DNA of 50,457 nucleotides from Myxococcota bacterium (GTDB taxonomy: Bacteria; Myxococcota_A; Polyangia; Polyangiales; Sandaracinaceae): NCBI GenBank assembly GCA_036149055.1, contig JAYZQJ010000158.1, forward strand, positions 1 to 50,457, given 5' to 3'. The translations under genes and the position numbers were made by a program. Positions 9,533 to 18,124 of the stretch are shown here, piece by piece; positions within the stretch are counted from its first letter, which is position 1; the number at the start of each line of letters is the position of its first letter. The notes beneath the pieces are model-generated. The model was not told the origin of the DNA and ran no database searches. It worked only from the letters and a program-made list of their open reading frames with translations.

Positions 9533-10840
9533 ATGCGCGCCCTCCTCATCGTCGTCACGTGGCTCGCGGCCACCTCGACCGCGGCCGCGCAGCTGGAGGT
9601 GGAGCTCGCCGATCCCGGCGCGCTGACGGTCGGCGATCGGGCCGAGGTCATCGCCTCGGTGCGCGGCGCGGCGAGCCACCCGCTGCTGTTGACCCCGCGC
9701 GCCGAGGGCACCGCGCTCGAGGTGGTGCGCGGCCGGCTGCTCCGGGCCGACGCGCGCGACCCCGACGCGTCGGTGCTCGAGCTGCGCATCCCGGTGGTCG
9801 CCCGGCGGGCGGGGACCTCGGTGCTCCGGGTGAGCGTCTCCGGCTACGCCTGCGAGGCGCGCTGCCGGCGGGTGGAGGCCACCGCCTCGCTCGTGGTGCG
9901 GGTGCGGCCGCAGGCGAGCCAGAAGCGCGCGAAGCAGGCCCGCTCCTCGTCGCTCGGGTGGGTGCGCCTGCCCGGCGCGGAGAGCTGCCTCGGGGCCGCC
10001 GCCCTCGCCCGGCGCGTCGAGGCGCGGCTGGGGCGCGACGTCTTCGTCTCCGCCGCCGACGCGGGGGTCAGCGTCGAGGGGCGGGCCGAGCGGACCGAAG
10101 GCGAGTGGCGCGCAGTGATCGCGGTGGAGGGCGACGGCGGCGAGGCGCTCGGCGAGCGCGCGCTGTCGAGCCGGGCGGAGTCCTGCGACGAGCTCGGCGA
10201 GATGGTGGTGACGGCGGTCGCGCTGACCATCGACCCGTTGACCGCGCCGGCGGAGCCCGCGCCGCCGCCCCGCGAGGTGGTGCGCACCGAGCGCGTCGAG
10301 GTCCCGGTGGAGGTCCCGGTCGAGGTGGAGGCCCCGCGCTGGCGGGTCGAGATCGACGCCAGCGGGGTCGGCGCGCTCGGGCTGACGCCGGGCCCCACGC
10401 TCGGCGGGCTGACCGCGGTCATCGTCGAGCCGCCGGGCTTCGTCCCGCTCGTGCTCGAGGGGGCGCTGCTCCCCTTCACCCGCGCCTCCGACGGCGCCCG
10501 CCACGCCGACTTCCTGCACGCCCACGCCGGCCTGCAGATCTGCCCGCTGGCGCTCCGGGACGAGGGGCTCGCGCTCCACGGCTGCGTCGGCGCCGACGCC
10601 GGCGCGGTCTTCGTCGTCGGCGGCGACGCGAACGTGACCGAGCGAGAGCGGGTGACCGGCTTCGGCCACGCCGCCCTCCGCGGGCACTGGGACGTGGTCG
10701 GCCCGCTCACCGTGCGCCTCGGCCTCCACCTGCTCGTGCCCTTCCGGCACGATCCGTTCGTGGCCGACGGCGTCGCCTTCTACCGACCGGACCCGATCGC
10801 GGGCTTCTTCGACCTCGGCGTCGGCGTGCATCTCGAGTGA
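9533..10840 (+). CDS. Secreted multi-domain protein with probable C-terminal outer-membrane beta-barrel, ECF-associated
   Basis: Signal peptide, Ig-like N-domain, SSLGWVRLPGAESC module and amphipathic beta-strand C-terminus ending GVGVHLE; directly upstream of the ECF sigma gene. Confidence 0.65.
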   Translation: MRALLIVVTWLAATSTAAAQLEVELADPGALTVGDRAEVIASVRGAASHPLLLTPRAEGTALEVVRGRLLRADARDPDASVLELRIPVVARRAGTSVLRVSVSGYACEARCRRVEATASLVVRVRPQASQKRAKQARSSSLGWVRLPGAESCLGAAALARRVEARLGRDVFVSAADAGVSVEGRAERTEGEWRAVIAVEGDGGEALGERALSSRAESCDELGEMVVTAVALTIDPLTAPAEPAPPPREVVRTERVEVPVEVPVEVEAPRWRVEIDASGVGALGLTPGPTLGGLTAVIVEPPGFVPLVLEGALLPFTRASDGARHADFLHAHAGLQICPLALRDEGLALHGCVGADAGAVFVVGGDANVTERERVTGFGHAALRGHWDVVGPLTVRLGLHLLVPFRHDPFVADGVAFYRPDPIAGFFDLGVGVHLE

Positions 10841-10875
10841 CGATCAGAACGAGCGGGCCCCACCTCCACACACCC
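10841..10875 (+). promoter_or_regulatory. Candidate ECF-sigma autoregulated promoter
   Basis: CGATCAGAACG...CCTCCACACACCC; 30/35 ungapped identity to 14433-14467. Confidence 0.65.
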
Positions 10876-10879
10876 CACG

Positions 10880-11404
10880 ATGCCGGCCGCCGCCCCCCGC
10901 GAGAGCTTCGCCGAGATCTTCCACGCCCACGCGCCCCGGGTGTGGCGGGCGCTGCGCCGGCTCGGCGTGCGCGAGGCCGACGTCGAGGATCTCTGCCAGG
11001 AGGTCTTCGTGGTGGTGCACCGCAAGCTCCCGACCTTCGAGGGCCGCTCCGCGCTCAGCACCTGGATCTACGGCATCTGCGTCCGCGTCGCCTCGGACCA
11101 CCGCAAGCGCGCCCACGTGCGGCGCGAGCGCCCCACCGACGAGGTCCCCGACGAGCGCCAGAGCGCGCCGCAGCTGAAGGAGCTCGAGCGCGTGCAGCTC
11201 CGCGCCCTGCTCGACGAGGCGCTCGAGCAACTCGACGACGACAAGCGCGCGGTCTTCGTGCTCTACGAGCTCGAGCAGCTCGAGATGCCGGAGATCGCGA
11301 CCGCCCTCGGCTGCCCGCTCCAGACCGCGTACTCCCGGCTCTACGCCGGCCGGAAGATCGTGCGCGCCCACGTGCTCGCCCAGACCGAAGGAGGCGCCCG
11401 ATGA
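10880..11404 (+). CDS. ECF-family RNA polymerase sigma factor
   Basis: Region 2 (DVEDLCQEVF...FEGRSALSTWIYGI) and region 4 (RAVFVLYELEQLEMPEIATALGCPLQTAYSRL). Confidence 0.92.
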   Translation: MPAAAPRESFAEIFHAHAPRVWRALRRLGVREADVEDLCQEVFVVVHRKLPTFEGRSALSTWIYGICVRVASDHRKRAHVRRERPTDEVPDERQSAPQLKELERVQLRALLDEALEQLDDDKRAVFVLYELEQLEMPEIATALGCPLQTAYSRLYAGRKIVRAHVLAQTEGGAR

Positions 11405-12306
11405 GCGACGCCCGCTGGCTCGACGATCCCGAGACCCCCGAGGCCCTCCGCGCCGCGCTCGAGGCCGGGCGCGCGGAGGCGCCGTCGGACGCGGAGCTCG
11501 CGCGCGTGGCGGCGAAGCTGGGGCCGCTGATGGGGCCCGGCGGCGGCGGCGGGGGTGCGGGCGGCGGGGGTGCGGGCGGCGGCATGGCCGCGGGGGGAGC
11601 GGCGAAGTTGATCGGCGCGGCGATGGCGGCGGCGGTGGCGATGGGAGGAGCCTGGTGGCTCGCCCAGCCCTCGCGCGAGGACGCGCCTTCCGTCGCCGCG
11701 TCCGAGTCCGAGTCCGAGTCCGAGTCCAAAGCCGAGCCCGGGCCCGAGCCCGAGTCCGAGCCCGAGCCCGAGTCCGAGTCCGAGTCCGAGTCCGAGTCCG
11801 AGTCCGAGTCCGAGTCCGAGTCCGAAGCCGAGTCCGAGCCCGAGCCCGAATCCGAAGCCGAGGCCGAAGCCGAGCCCGGACCCGCTGCCGCTCCCGCTCC
11901 CGGACCCGCTGCCGCTGCCGGACCCGCTGCCGCTCCCGCTCCCGCTGCCGCTGCCGCTGCCGCCGCCGCTCCCGCTGCCGCTCCCGGCCCCGCCGCCGCC
12001 GCCGCCGCAGCAGCCGCCCCCGACCCCGCCGCCGAGCTCCTCCTCATCCGCCGCGGCCAACGCGCCCTCCAAACCAACCCCGCCGCCGCCCTCTCCGCCG
12101 CCACCGAGCACGCCGCGCGCTTCGACGACACCCACGCCGTCTTCGCCCAGGAGCGCGAAGTGCTCGCCATCGACGCCCTCTCCCGCCTCGGCCGCGCCGA
12201 CGAGGCCGCCCGCCGCGCCGACCGGTTCCGGGCCCGGTGGCCGCGCTCGGCGCATCGACGGCGGGTCGACGTGATCGCGCCGCCGGACGAGCTCAGGGCG
12301 CCGTGA
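11401..12306 (+). CDS. Putative membrane anti-sigma factor
   Basis: ATGA overlap with the sigma gene. Short cytoplasmic helix domain, Gly linker, one TM ([16 protein letters not shown]), ES and PA repeats, and a C-terminal helical TPR-like domain ([12 protein letters not shown]...[13 protein letters not shown]...FRARWPRS). Confidence 0.75.
   Translation: MSDARWLDDPETPEALRAALEAGRAEAPSDAELARVAAKLGPLMGPGGGGGGAGGGGAGGGMAAGGAAKLIGAAMAAAVAMGGAWWLAQPSREDAPSVAASESESESESKAEPGPEPESEPEPESESESESESESESESESEAESEPEPESEAEAEAEPGPAAAPAPGPAAAAGPAAAPAPAAAAAAAAAPAAAPGPAAAAAAAAAPDPAAELLLIRRGQRALQTNPAAALSAATEHAARFDDTHAVFAQEREVLAIDALSRLGRADEAARRADRFRARWPRSAHRRRVDVIAPPDELRAP
11701..12030 (+). repeat. Coding hexamer microsatellites (TCCGAG/CCCGAG, then CCCGCT/GCCGCT)
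   Basis: Visible tandem 6-bp units encoding (ES/EP)n and (PA/AA)n. Confidence 0.85.
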
Positions 12307-13828
12307 CCGCCTCGTAGACCGAAGCGCGCGGCACGCCGGCCGCCACGCGGGCGCGCGCCTCGGCGAGCTCCGTGTCGACGCGCTGGGTGAACGCGGTGAG
12401 CGGCTGCGCGCCGGTGAGCACGTGGCCGTTGATGAAGAAGCTCGGGGTGCCGCGGGCGCCGAGCTGGGCCGCGAGCGCCTGATCCCGCGCGATCACGTCG
12501 CGGTGCCCCTCCGCGGCCAGCGCGGCGCGCACCCGGGCCCGGCTCGCGCCCACCTGCGCCGCGTACCGGACCAGATCCTCGTCCTCCAGGCTCCGCTGGT
12601 TCTCGAACAGCAGATCGTGCATCTGGAAGAACGCCGCGTCGCCCCGCTCCCGGTGCACCTCGATCGCCGCCCGTGCCGCCGGGGCCGCGCGCTGATGGAA
12701 CGGCAACGGGTTGTGCTTGAACACGATCCGGAGATCCGCACCGTAACGCTGGCGGAGCTGGGTCAGCGTCGGCACCACGCGCGAGCAGAACGGGCACTGG
12801 AAGTCGCTGAACACGACCACCGTGACCAGCGCGTCGTCGGGGCCGAGCCGCGGGCTGTCGAGCACCGGGACGCGATGGACCCCCTCGGGATCCGGACGGC
12901 TCGGGCGGGTCGGGGCCGCCGCCGGCTCGGGCGCGGGGCTCGTCCGGCCGTGCTCGACGATCCGGTCGTAGACCGCGGTCGGCGCCACCCCGGCGTCGCG
13001 CACCGACTGCGCGTAGGTCAGCTCCTCCCGCACGATCTCTCGGAAGCGCTCGATCGGCTGCGCGCCGCTCAGGAGGCGCCCGTTGATGAAGAAGGTCGGC
13101 GTGCCGCGCGCCCCGAGCTGACTCGCGAGCGCCTGGTCGGCGGAGATCGTCGCGTCGTGCGTCCGGCTGGCCGCCGCCCGATCCCAGGCCGCCGTGTCGA
13201 GCCCGGCCTGGACCGCGACGCTGCGCAGGGTCGTCGGCGCGCTCAGGTTGGACTGGTTGGCGAAGAGCGCGTCGTGCGTCCGCCAGAACGAGGCGTCCCC
13301 GCCCTGCGCGTAGGCCTCCGCCGCCAGCACCGCCGCGTCGCGCGCCTGCGCGTGCATCGGCAGCGGGTTGTGACGCCAGGCCACGCGGATGGTGCCGGGG
13401 TACTCGCTCTGCAGCTGGGTCAGCGTGCCGGCCGCGCGCGCGCAGTAGGGGCACTGGAACTCCCCGATCTCGACGATGGTCACCAGCGCGTCGGCGGGGC
13501 CCCGCGCCGGCGTCGTCGGCAGCACCGGCACCCGGAACCGCTCCCCCGCGTGCGGGTCCACCGGCATCGCGACCGGCGGCGGCGCCAGCTCCTCGAACGC
13601 CACCGGCGGAGGCGCGTCCTCCTCGAGGCCCACCATCCAGTACGCGCCGAGCGCCGCCGCCACGAACATCAGCAGCAGGCCGAAGCCGCCGCAGCCGAGG
13701 CCGAGCACCAGCCCCAGGCTCGGGCCCGACGTCTTCGGCGGCGCGGCCTGCGGCGCGGGCCACTGCTGCTGCGGCGCGTGAGAGTGCATCGCGATCGTCT
13801 GCGGCACCGGCCGCGGTCCCTGGTCCAT
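12293..13828 (-). CDS. Membrane-anchored tandem DsbA/thioredoxin-domain protein
   Basis: N-terminal TM. Two domains with FQCPYC and FQCPFC, each with GTP(T/S)FFING and GAQP. Confidence 0.88.
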   Translation of the reverse strand: MDQGPRPVPQTIAMHSHAPQQQWPAPQAAPPKTSGPSLGLVLGLGCGGFGLLLMFVAAALGAYWMVGLEEDAPPPVAFEELAPPPVAMPVDPHAGERFRVPVLPTTPARGPADALVTIVEIGEFQCPYCARAAGTLTQLQSEYPGTIRVAWRHNPLPMHAQARDAAVLAAEAYAQGGDASFWRTHDALFANQSNLSAPTTLRSVAVQAGLDTAAWDRAAASRTHDATISADQALASQLGARGTPTFFINGRLLSGAQPIERFREIVREELTYAQSVRDAGVAPTAVYDRIVEHGRTSPAPEPAAAPTRPSRPDPEGVHRVPVLDSPRLGPDDALVTVVVFSDFQCPFCSRVVPTLTQLRQRYGADLRIVFKHNPLPFHQRAAPAARAAIEVHRERGDAAFFQMHDLLFENQRSLEDEDLVRYAAQVGASRARVRAALAAEGHRDVIARDQALAAQLGARGTPSFFINGHVLTGAQPLTAFTQRVDTELAEARARVAAGVPRASVYEAVTAP

Positions 13829-13837
13829 CTCCCCCCC

Positions 13838-14374
13838 TTACGCGCCGCCCCCGCGCAGCTTCCTCAGCGCCTCGAGCGACATGCCGCGCAGCCGCTCCAC
13901 GTTGCGCCGCCAGATCGCGTCCGGATCCGGGTGCGCCGTCACCGCCTCCTCCACGCTCACCTCGCGCAGCAGGTGGAGCGTAGGGTACGGCGAGCGGTTG
14001 CTGAAGTTGGCGAGGTCACCCGGCGGCTCCCCGGCGAACCGGTAGTCGGGGTGGAAGCTCGCGACCTGCAGCGTGCCCTCGAGCCCGTGCGCGGCCACCA
14101 GCGCGTCGGCCACGCCGAGGAACGCGTTGAAGACGTCGAAGTCGGAGAGGCACGCGGTGCAGACCAGCAGCGTCGTCTCGCGCGTCTCGCGCGGGGCGGC
14201 CATCAGCGCGACGATCTCCGCGTCGAGCGCGGCCGCGACTCCGTCCTCGTCCGCCGCGTCGCAGCGCGCGAGGTGCACCACCCCGGCCTGCCAGGGCGTG
14301 CGCGCGAACGGGCAGAGCGCGAGGCCGAGCACCGCCTCTTCGATCCAGCGCGCGGTCTCCGCCAGCGGCTCCAT
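13838..14374 (-). CDS. DUF1415 family protein
   Basis: W.E..V.GL.LCPFA, ETTLLV, GTLQVASFHPDY.F and NRSPYPTLHLLRE.S; ATG 14374. Confidence 0.85.
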   Translation of the reverse strand: MEPLAETARWIEEAVLGLALCPFARTPWQAGVVHLARCDAADEDGVAAALDAEIVALMAAPRETRETTLLVCTACLSDFDVFNAFLGVADALVAAHGLEGTLQVASFHPDYRFAGEPPGDLANFSNRSPYPTLHLLREVSVEEAVTAHPDPDAIWRRNVERLRGMSLEALRKLRGGGA

Positions 14375-14432
14375 GCTCGGAACTCTGCGACGGTCGCGAT
14401 CCGTTCGCACGCGCGAGAAAAAAGTGCCGGGC

Positions 14433-14467
14433 CGATCAGAACGCGCGGCCGCCGCCTCCACGCACCC
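14433..14467 (+). promoter_or_regulatory. Candidate ECF target promoter
   Basis: Near copy of the motif upstream of the ECF gene, with an A-tract (GAGAAAAAAG) just upstream. Confidence 0.65.
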
Positions 14468-14470
14468 GGC

Positions 14471-15055
14471 ATGAGACATCCGCTCGCCTTCGCCGCCGCC
14501 CTGCTCGCTCTCTCCGCCGCGCCCGCCGCGGCCCAGGACGAGGGCTCTCCGTTCGACCGCGAATTCGCCGTCGCCGCGTACGCCACCGGGCACACCGGCA
14601 GCTATCACGCCGGCGGCGTCGGGGGGCGGCTCCGCTGGGAGCCCTTCGACTTCCTCGGGGTCGAGGCCTACCTCGAGGCCACCCTCGTCGACTGGCCGGG
14701 CGGGGGCCTCCGGCACGACTACCCGAACGGCTTCAACGTCTACGTCCCCATCCGCTTCGGGGACTTCCGGCTGCGGCCGTTCTTCGGCTTCTGCGACATC
14801 CTCAGCTTCGTCGAGCCGGAGCAGGAGGGCGCGCCGCGCGCCGACGACGTGCTCTTCGGCCTGCACGGCGGGATCGGCGCGGAGCTCGCGGTGCACCCGA
14901 TGTGGAGCGTCTTCGCCGACGCCCAGATCAACGCCTACTTCGGGCACGACCGCGCGGCGGAGGGCTGGACCGGCGGCGTCGACGAGGAGCTGTCGTTCTT
15001 CTGGAACGCGCAGCTGAACCTCGGCGTGCAGCTGCACTTCGGCGGCGTGCGGTGA
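14471..15055 (+). CDS. Small outer-membrane beta-barrel-like protein
   Basis: Signal peptide MRHPLAFAAALLALSAAPAAA, alternating aromatic beta-strands and C-terminal LNLGVQLHF. Confidence 0.65.
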   Translation: MRHPLAFAAALLALSAAPAAAQDEGSPFDREFAVAAYATGHTGSYHAGGVGGRLRWEPFDFLGVEAYLEATLVDWPGGGLRHDYPNGFNVYVPIRFGDFRLRPFFGFCDILSFVEPEQEGAPRADDVLFGLHGGIGAELAVHPMWSVFADAQINAYFGHDRAAEGWTGGVDEELSFFWNAQLNLGVQLHFGGVR

Positions 15056-16098
15056 GGGCGCTGCTGCTCCTCGCGCTCGTCGGATGCGCCCGCCCGGCCG
15101 GGCCGCCCCCCGAGACCCACGCCTCGGCGAGCTGCGCGAGCTGTCACGCCGATCACGGCGACGATCACGCGGCCTCGCCGCACGCGCGGGCCGCCGCCTC
15201 GCCCCTGCTCGCCGCGATGCTGCCGGAGGTCGAAGAGGCCTGGGGCTCGTTCGCGCGCGAGCGCTGCGAGGGCTGCCACTCGCCGGGCCACGGGCCGGAC
15301 GACGGCGTCGGGTGCGTGAGCTGCCACGCCGCGGTCGGCAACCACGGCACCTCCGACGGTCGGCTCGCGATCGATCTCGAGGCGCCGGTCGGCGGCCCGG
15401 GGGAGAGCCCGCACGCGCCCCACCCGGTCGCGGCGCGCGGCTTCCTGCGCGCGCCCGAGCTCTGCGGCACCTGCCACGAGCTGACCGGGCCGCGGCTCGC
15501 GGTGGAGCCGACGTTCACCGAGTTCCTCGCCTCGCCCCAGGCGGCCGAGGGCGCCACCTGCGCGAGCTGCCACATGCCCGCGCGCGAGGGCCGGCGCGAC
15601 CATCGCTTCGTCGGCTTCGATCCGCCCTGGGGCGCCGGGCCCGAGGAGGCGGCGCGGTCCGCGGACGACACGTTGGCGCTGCTGCAGGCGGCGCTCCGCC
15701 TCGACGTGCGCCGGGACGGAGACGCCCTCGAGATCGCGGTCACCAACGTCGGCGCCGGCCACGCGGTGCCGACCGGGGCGGCGTTCCTCCGCGATCTGTG
15801 GGTCGACGTGGAGGTCGGCGCGGAGGGCGGCGGCGGCGTCGTCGCTTCGCGCGTGATCACGCTCGGCGATCAGCCGATGCGCGGCGACCGACCGGTCCCG
15901 CTGCTCACCCGCGCCGACCGGGTGGAGCCGGGCTCGCTCCCGGCCGGAGCGACGCGCCGCGCGCGGATCGCGTGGCCTCGGCCGGAGCCCGCGTCCGTGG
16001 TCCTGCGCGGCCGCGCCGTCCGCCTCCCCGTGCTCGACGCGCTCGGGCTCCGGCGCCTCGAGCCCGAGCTGCCGGTGCACGAGATCGCCCGCCGGTAA
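15052..16098 (+). CDS. Multiheme (5 x CxxCH) cytochrome c lipoprotein
   Basis: GTG start overlapping the previous TGA. Lipobox LVG-C. CASCH, CEGCH, CVSCH, CGTCH and CASCHMP; NVGAGHAVPTG motif. Confidence 0.85.
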   Translation: MRALLLLALVGCARPAGPPPETHASASCASCHADHGDDHAASPHARAAASPLLAAMLPEVEEAWGSFARERCEGCHSPGHGPDDGVGCVSCHAAVGNHGTSDGRLAIDLEAPVGGPGESPHAPHPVAARGFLRAPELCGTCHELTGPRLAVEPTFTEFLASPQAAEGATCASCHMPAREGRRDHRFVGFDPPWGAGPEEAARSADDTLALLQAALRLDVRRDGDALEIAVTNVGAGHAVPTGAAFLRDLWVDVEVGAEGGGGVVASRVITLGDQPMRGDRPVPLLTRADRVEPGSLPAGATRRARIAWPRPEPASVVLRGRAVRLPVLDALGLRRLEPELPVHEIARR

Positions 16099-16130
16099 CC
16101 AGCGGGCGCCCCGGCGGCTACGTTTCGGGC

Positions 16131-16491
16131 GTGGAGGAACCGGAAGACCTCGAGCTCTACGTCATGGAGGGCTGCGGCTGGTGCCAGGACGTGCGGGACG
16201 CGGCCGCGCGCCTCGACGTGCAGCTCGCCGAGCGCGACGTGCGACGCGATCCGGAGGCGCTCGCCGCGCTCCGCGAGGCCCGCGGGCGATCGACCGTGCC
16301 CGTGCTGCGCATCGCGCGCGGCGACGGCGTCGAGTGGATGCCATCACGCGCATATTCGCCGCGCGCTGCTCGAGGTCGCCGACATCCCGTGGTGGTGGGC
16401 CGCGTTCGCGATCGCCGCGGCGCTGGCCGGCCAGGCGCTGCGTCGACGGTTCTCGGCCCCCGGAGGGAAGCCCGAGCGCCCGCGACCGTAG
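16131..16491 (+). pseudogene. Glutaredoxin-like protein with C-terminal TM, frameshifted near 16341-16350
   Basis: LELYVMEGCGWC...GRSTVPVLRI...WMP in one frame. The continuation HIRRALLEVADIPWWWAAFAIAAALAGQALRRR...TAG lies in the +1 frame. The original frame has no stop until 18656. Confidence 0.65.
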
Positions 16492-16533
16492 TAACCGCCA
16501 CGCCCGCCGGAGCGGGTGACTGGAGGACCCCGA

Positions 16534-18123
16534 GTGAGCGCGATCGCAGCCGCCCTGAAGATGCCCGACTACCAGAACCCGCAGGCCCTCGCGGCCCTGG
16601 AGGCCCTCCCGTCCGACTGTGTCGGGGAGCTGACCGAGCGCCTGGAGAGCTGCGCCGCCGGCATGAGCGAGGACCGGGCGAAGGGCAACAGCGGGCCGGA
16701 CGCGCGGGCGCGACGCCAACAGCTCCCGCGTCTCGTCGTGGGGCTCGGGCGACACCTGGCCCGCGCCGGGGAGGCGTTGCCGGAGCGTCTCGACACGGCG
16801 GTCGAGCACCTCGCGTGGACTCACGTCGAGCACCTGCAGTCGCCCGAGGCGGTCGCGGAGGCGATGACCGCGGTCCCCACCGCGCGGCTCGAGGCGATCC
16901 TGCTCGGCGAGCGGTTCGGGCGCCCGCCGACGTCGTTCTGGCAGCTCCTGCCGAGCTGCCCGACGCCGGCGGTGATCCAGCGCGCGATCGGCGTCGTGCT
17001 GGGATGGGAGAAAGGCAAGCTGTCCACCAGCCGAGCCCCGGCGATCGCGGCCGCGGCCCTCACCGCCGCCGGCGCGCCCGCCGAGCCGCTCCTGAACGAC
17101 GCGATCCGCGGCATGAAGAAGGAGCCGTACCGCGACGCGCTCGTCTCCGCCCTCGCCGGCCTCCCGTCCGGCGGGACCGACGCCCTGATCCACGCCCTCG
17201 GCGACTCGAGCAAGGCGGTCGTCTCGGCGGCCCGCGCGGGGCTGCTCGCCCGCAAGCCCGAGTGCATCCCCTCGGTCGACGCCGCCCTCGCCGCCGCCAA
17301 GAAGAAGGCGCTGAAGACCCGGCTGCACGAGCTGCGCGCCGAGCTCGGCCCGGTGGACGTCGAGACCGGGAAGACCGCGGCGACGACGCCGCTCGAGGAG
17401 GCGCGCCAGCGCGTCGACCCCGCCGAGGTCGAGGGCATGCTCGACGCCCTCCGCGGGGCGACGACGCAGAAGGGGGTGAGCGCGACGCTGGACGGCTTCA
17501 TGGACCGCCCCGACGCGCTGATGCTGGCGCTCGTCGACGCGGCGCGGGGCAAGGCCAGTCGCACGATGCAGCTCGCCTTCGATCCCGTCTACGAGCTCTG
17601 CTACGAGCGGCTGCCGAGACTCGCGGAGCGCCCGCTCGCGCCCTGGGCGGTCGCGGACGCCCTCACCTCCCGCCGGAAGGAGATCGCCGGCAAGGCGCCG
17701 GCGCGCGCCCAGCTCGCCCAGGCCGCGGAGACCCTCGGGGACGCGCTCCGGGCCCCGCTCGTCGCCGCCCTCCGCCTGGACAACAAGGACATCGCCTACC
17801 CCGAGCTCTACTGGGGCTGGCTGACCGAGGCGCCCACGCCGGACACCATCCCGCTGCTGCTCGACGGCCTGGGCGGCTCGAAGAAGCTGCGCGAGCTCTG
17901 CCAGGCCGCGCTGGTCCGCCTGGGCGCGGAGGGCGCGGAGGCCGCGGCGAGCGTGCTCGACGGCAAGAAGGCCACCCGCGAGGCCGCGGTCGAGGTGCTC
18001 GTCCAGGTGCCGACGCCCTCGGTCAGCGACGCGATCCGAGCGCGGCTCGCGAAGGAGAAGGACGGCGCGATCAAGGCCCGGCTCGACGCCGCCCTCGGCG
18101 CCGCCGCCGCCGACCTGATCTGA
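16534..18123 (+). CDS. HEAT-repeat-like alpha-helical protein
   Basis: GGAGGA RBS before GTG 16534. HEAT-like motifs (LIHALGDSSKAVVSAARAGL; LLLDGLGGSKKLRELCQAAL; AREAAVEVL-like). Confidence 0.65.
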   Translation: MSAIAAALKMPDYQNPQALAALEALPSDCVGELTERLESCAAGMSEDRAKGNSGPDARARRQQLPRLVVGLGRHLARAGEALPERLDTAVEHLAWTHVEHLQSPEAVAEAMTAVPTARLEAILLGERFGRPPTSFWQLLPSCPTPAVIQRAIGVVLGWEKGKLSTSRAPAIAAAALTAAGAPAEPLLNDAIRGMKKEPYRDALVSALAGLPSGGTDALIHALGDSSKAVVSAARAGLLARKPECIPSVDAALAAAKKKALKTRLHELRAELGPVDVETGKTAATTPLEEARQRVDPAEVEGMLDALRGATTQKGVSATLDGFMDRPDALMLALVDAARGKASRTMQLAFDPVYELCYERLPRLAERPLAPWAVADALTSRRKEIAGKAPARAQLAQAAETLGDALRAPLVAALRLDNKDIAYPELYWGWLTEAPTPDTIPLLLDGLGGSKKLRELCQAALVRLGAEGAEAAASVLDGKKATREAAVEVLVQVPTPSVSDAIRARLAKEKDGAIKARLDAALGAAAADLI

Positions 18124-18124
18124 G

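Noticed and set aside
11341..12255. Minus-strand GSGS/LGLG repeat ORF
   Set aside because: Antisense reading of the anti-sigma microsatellite.
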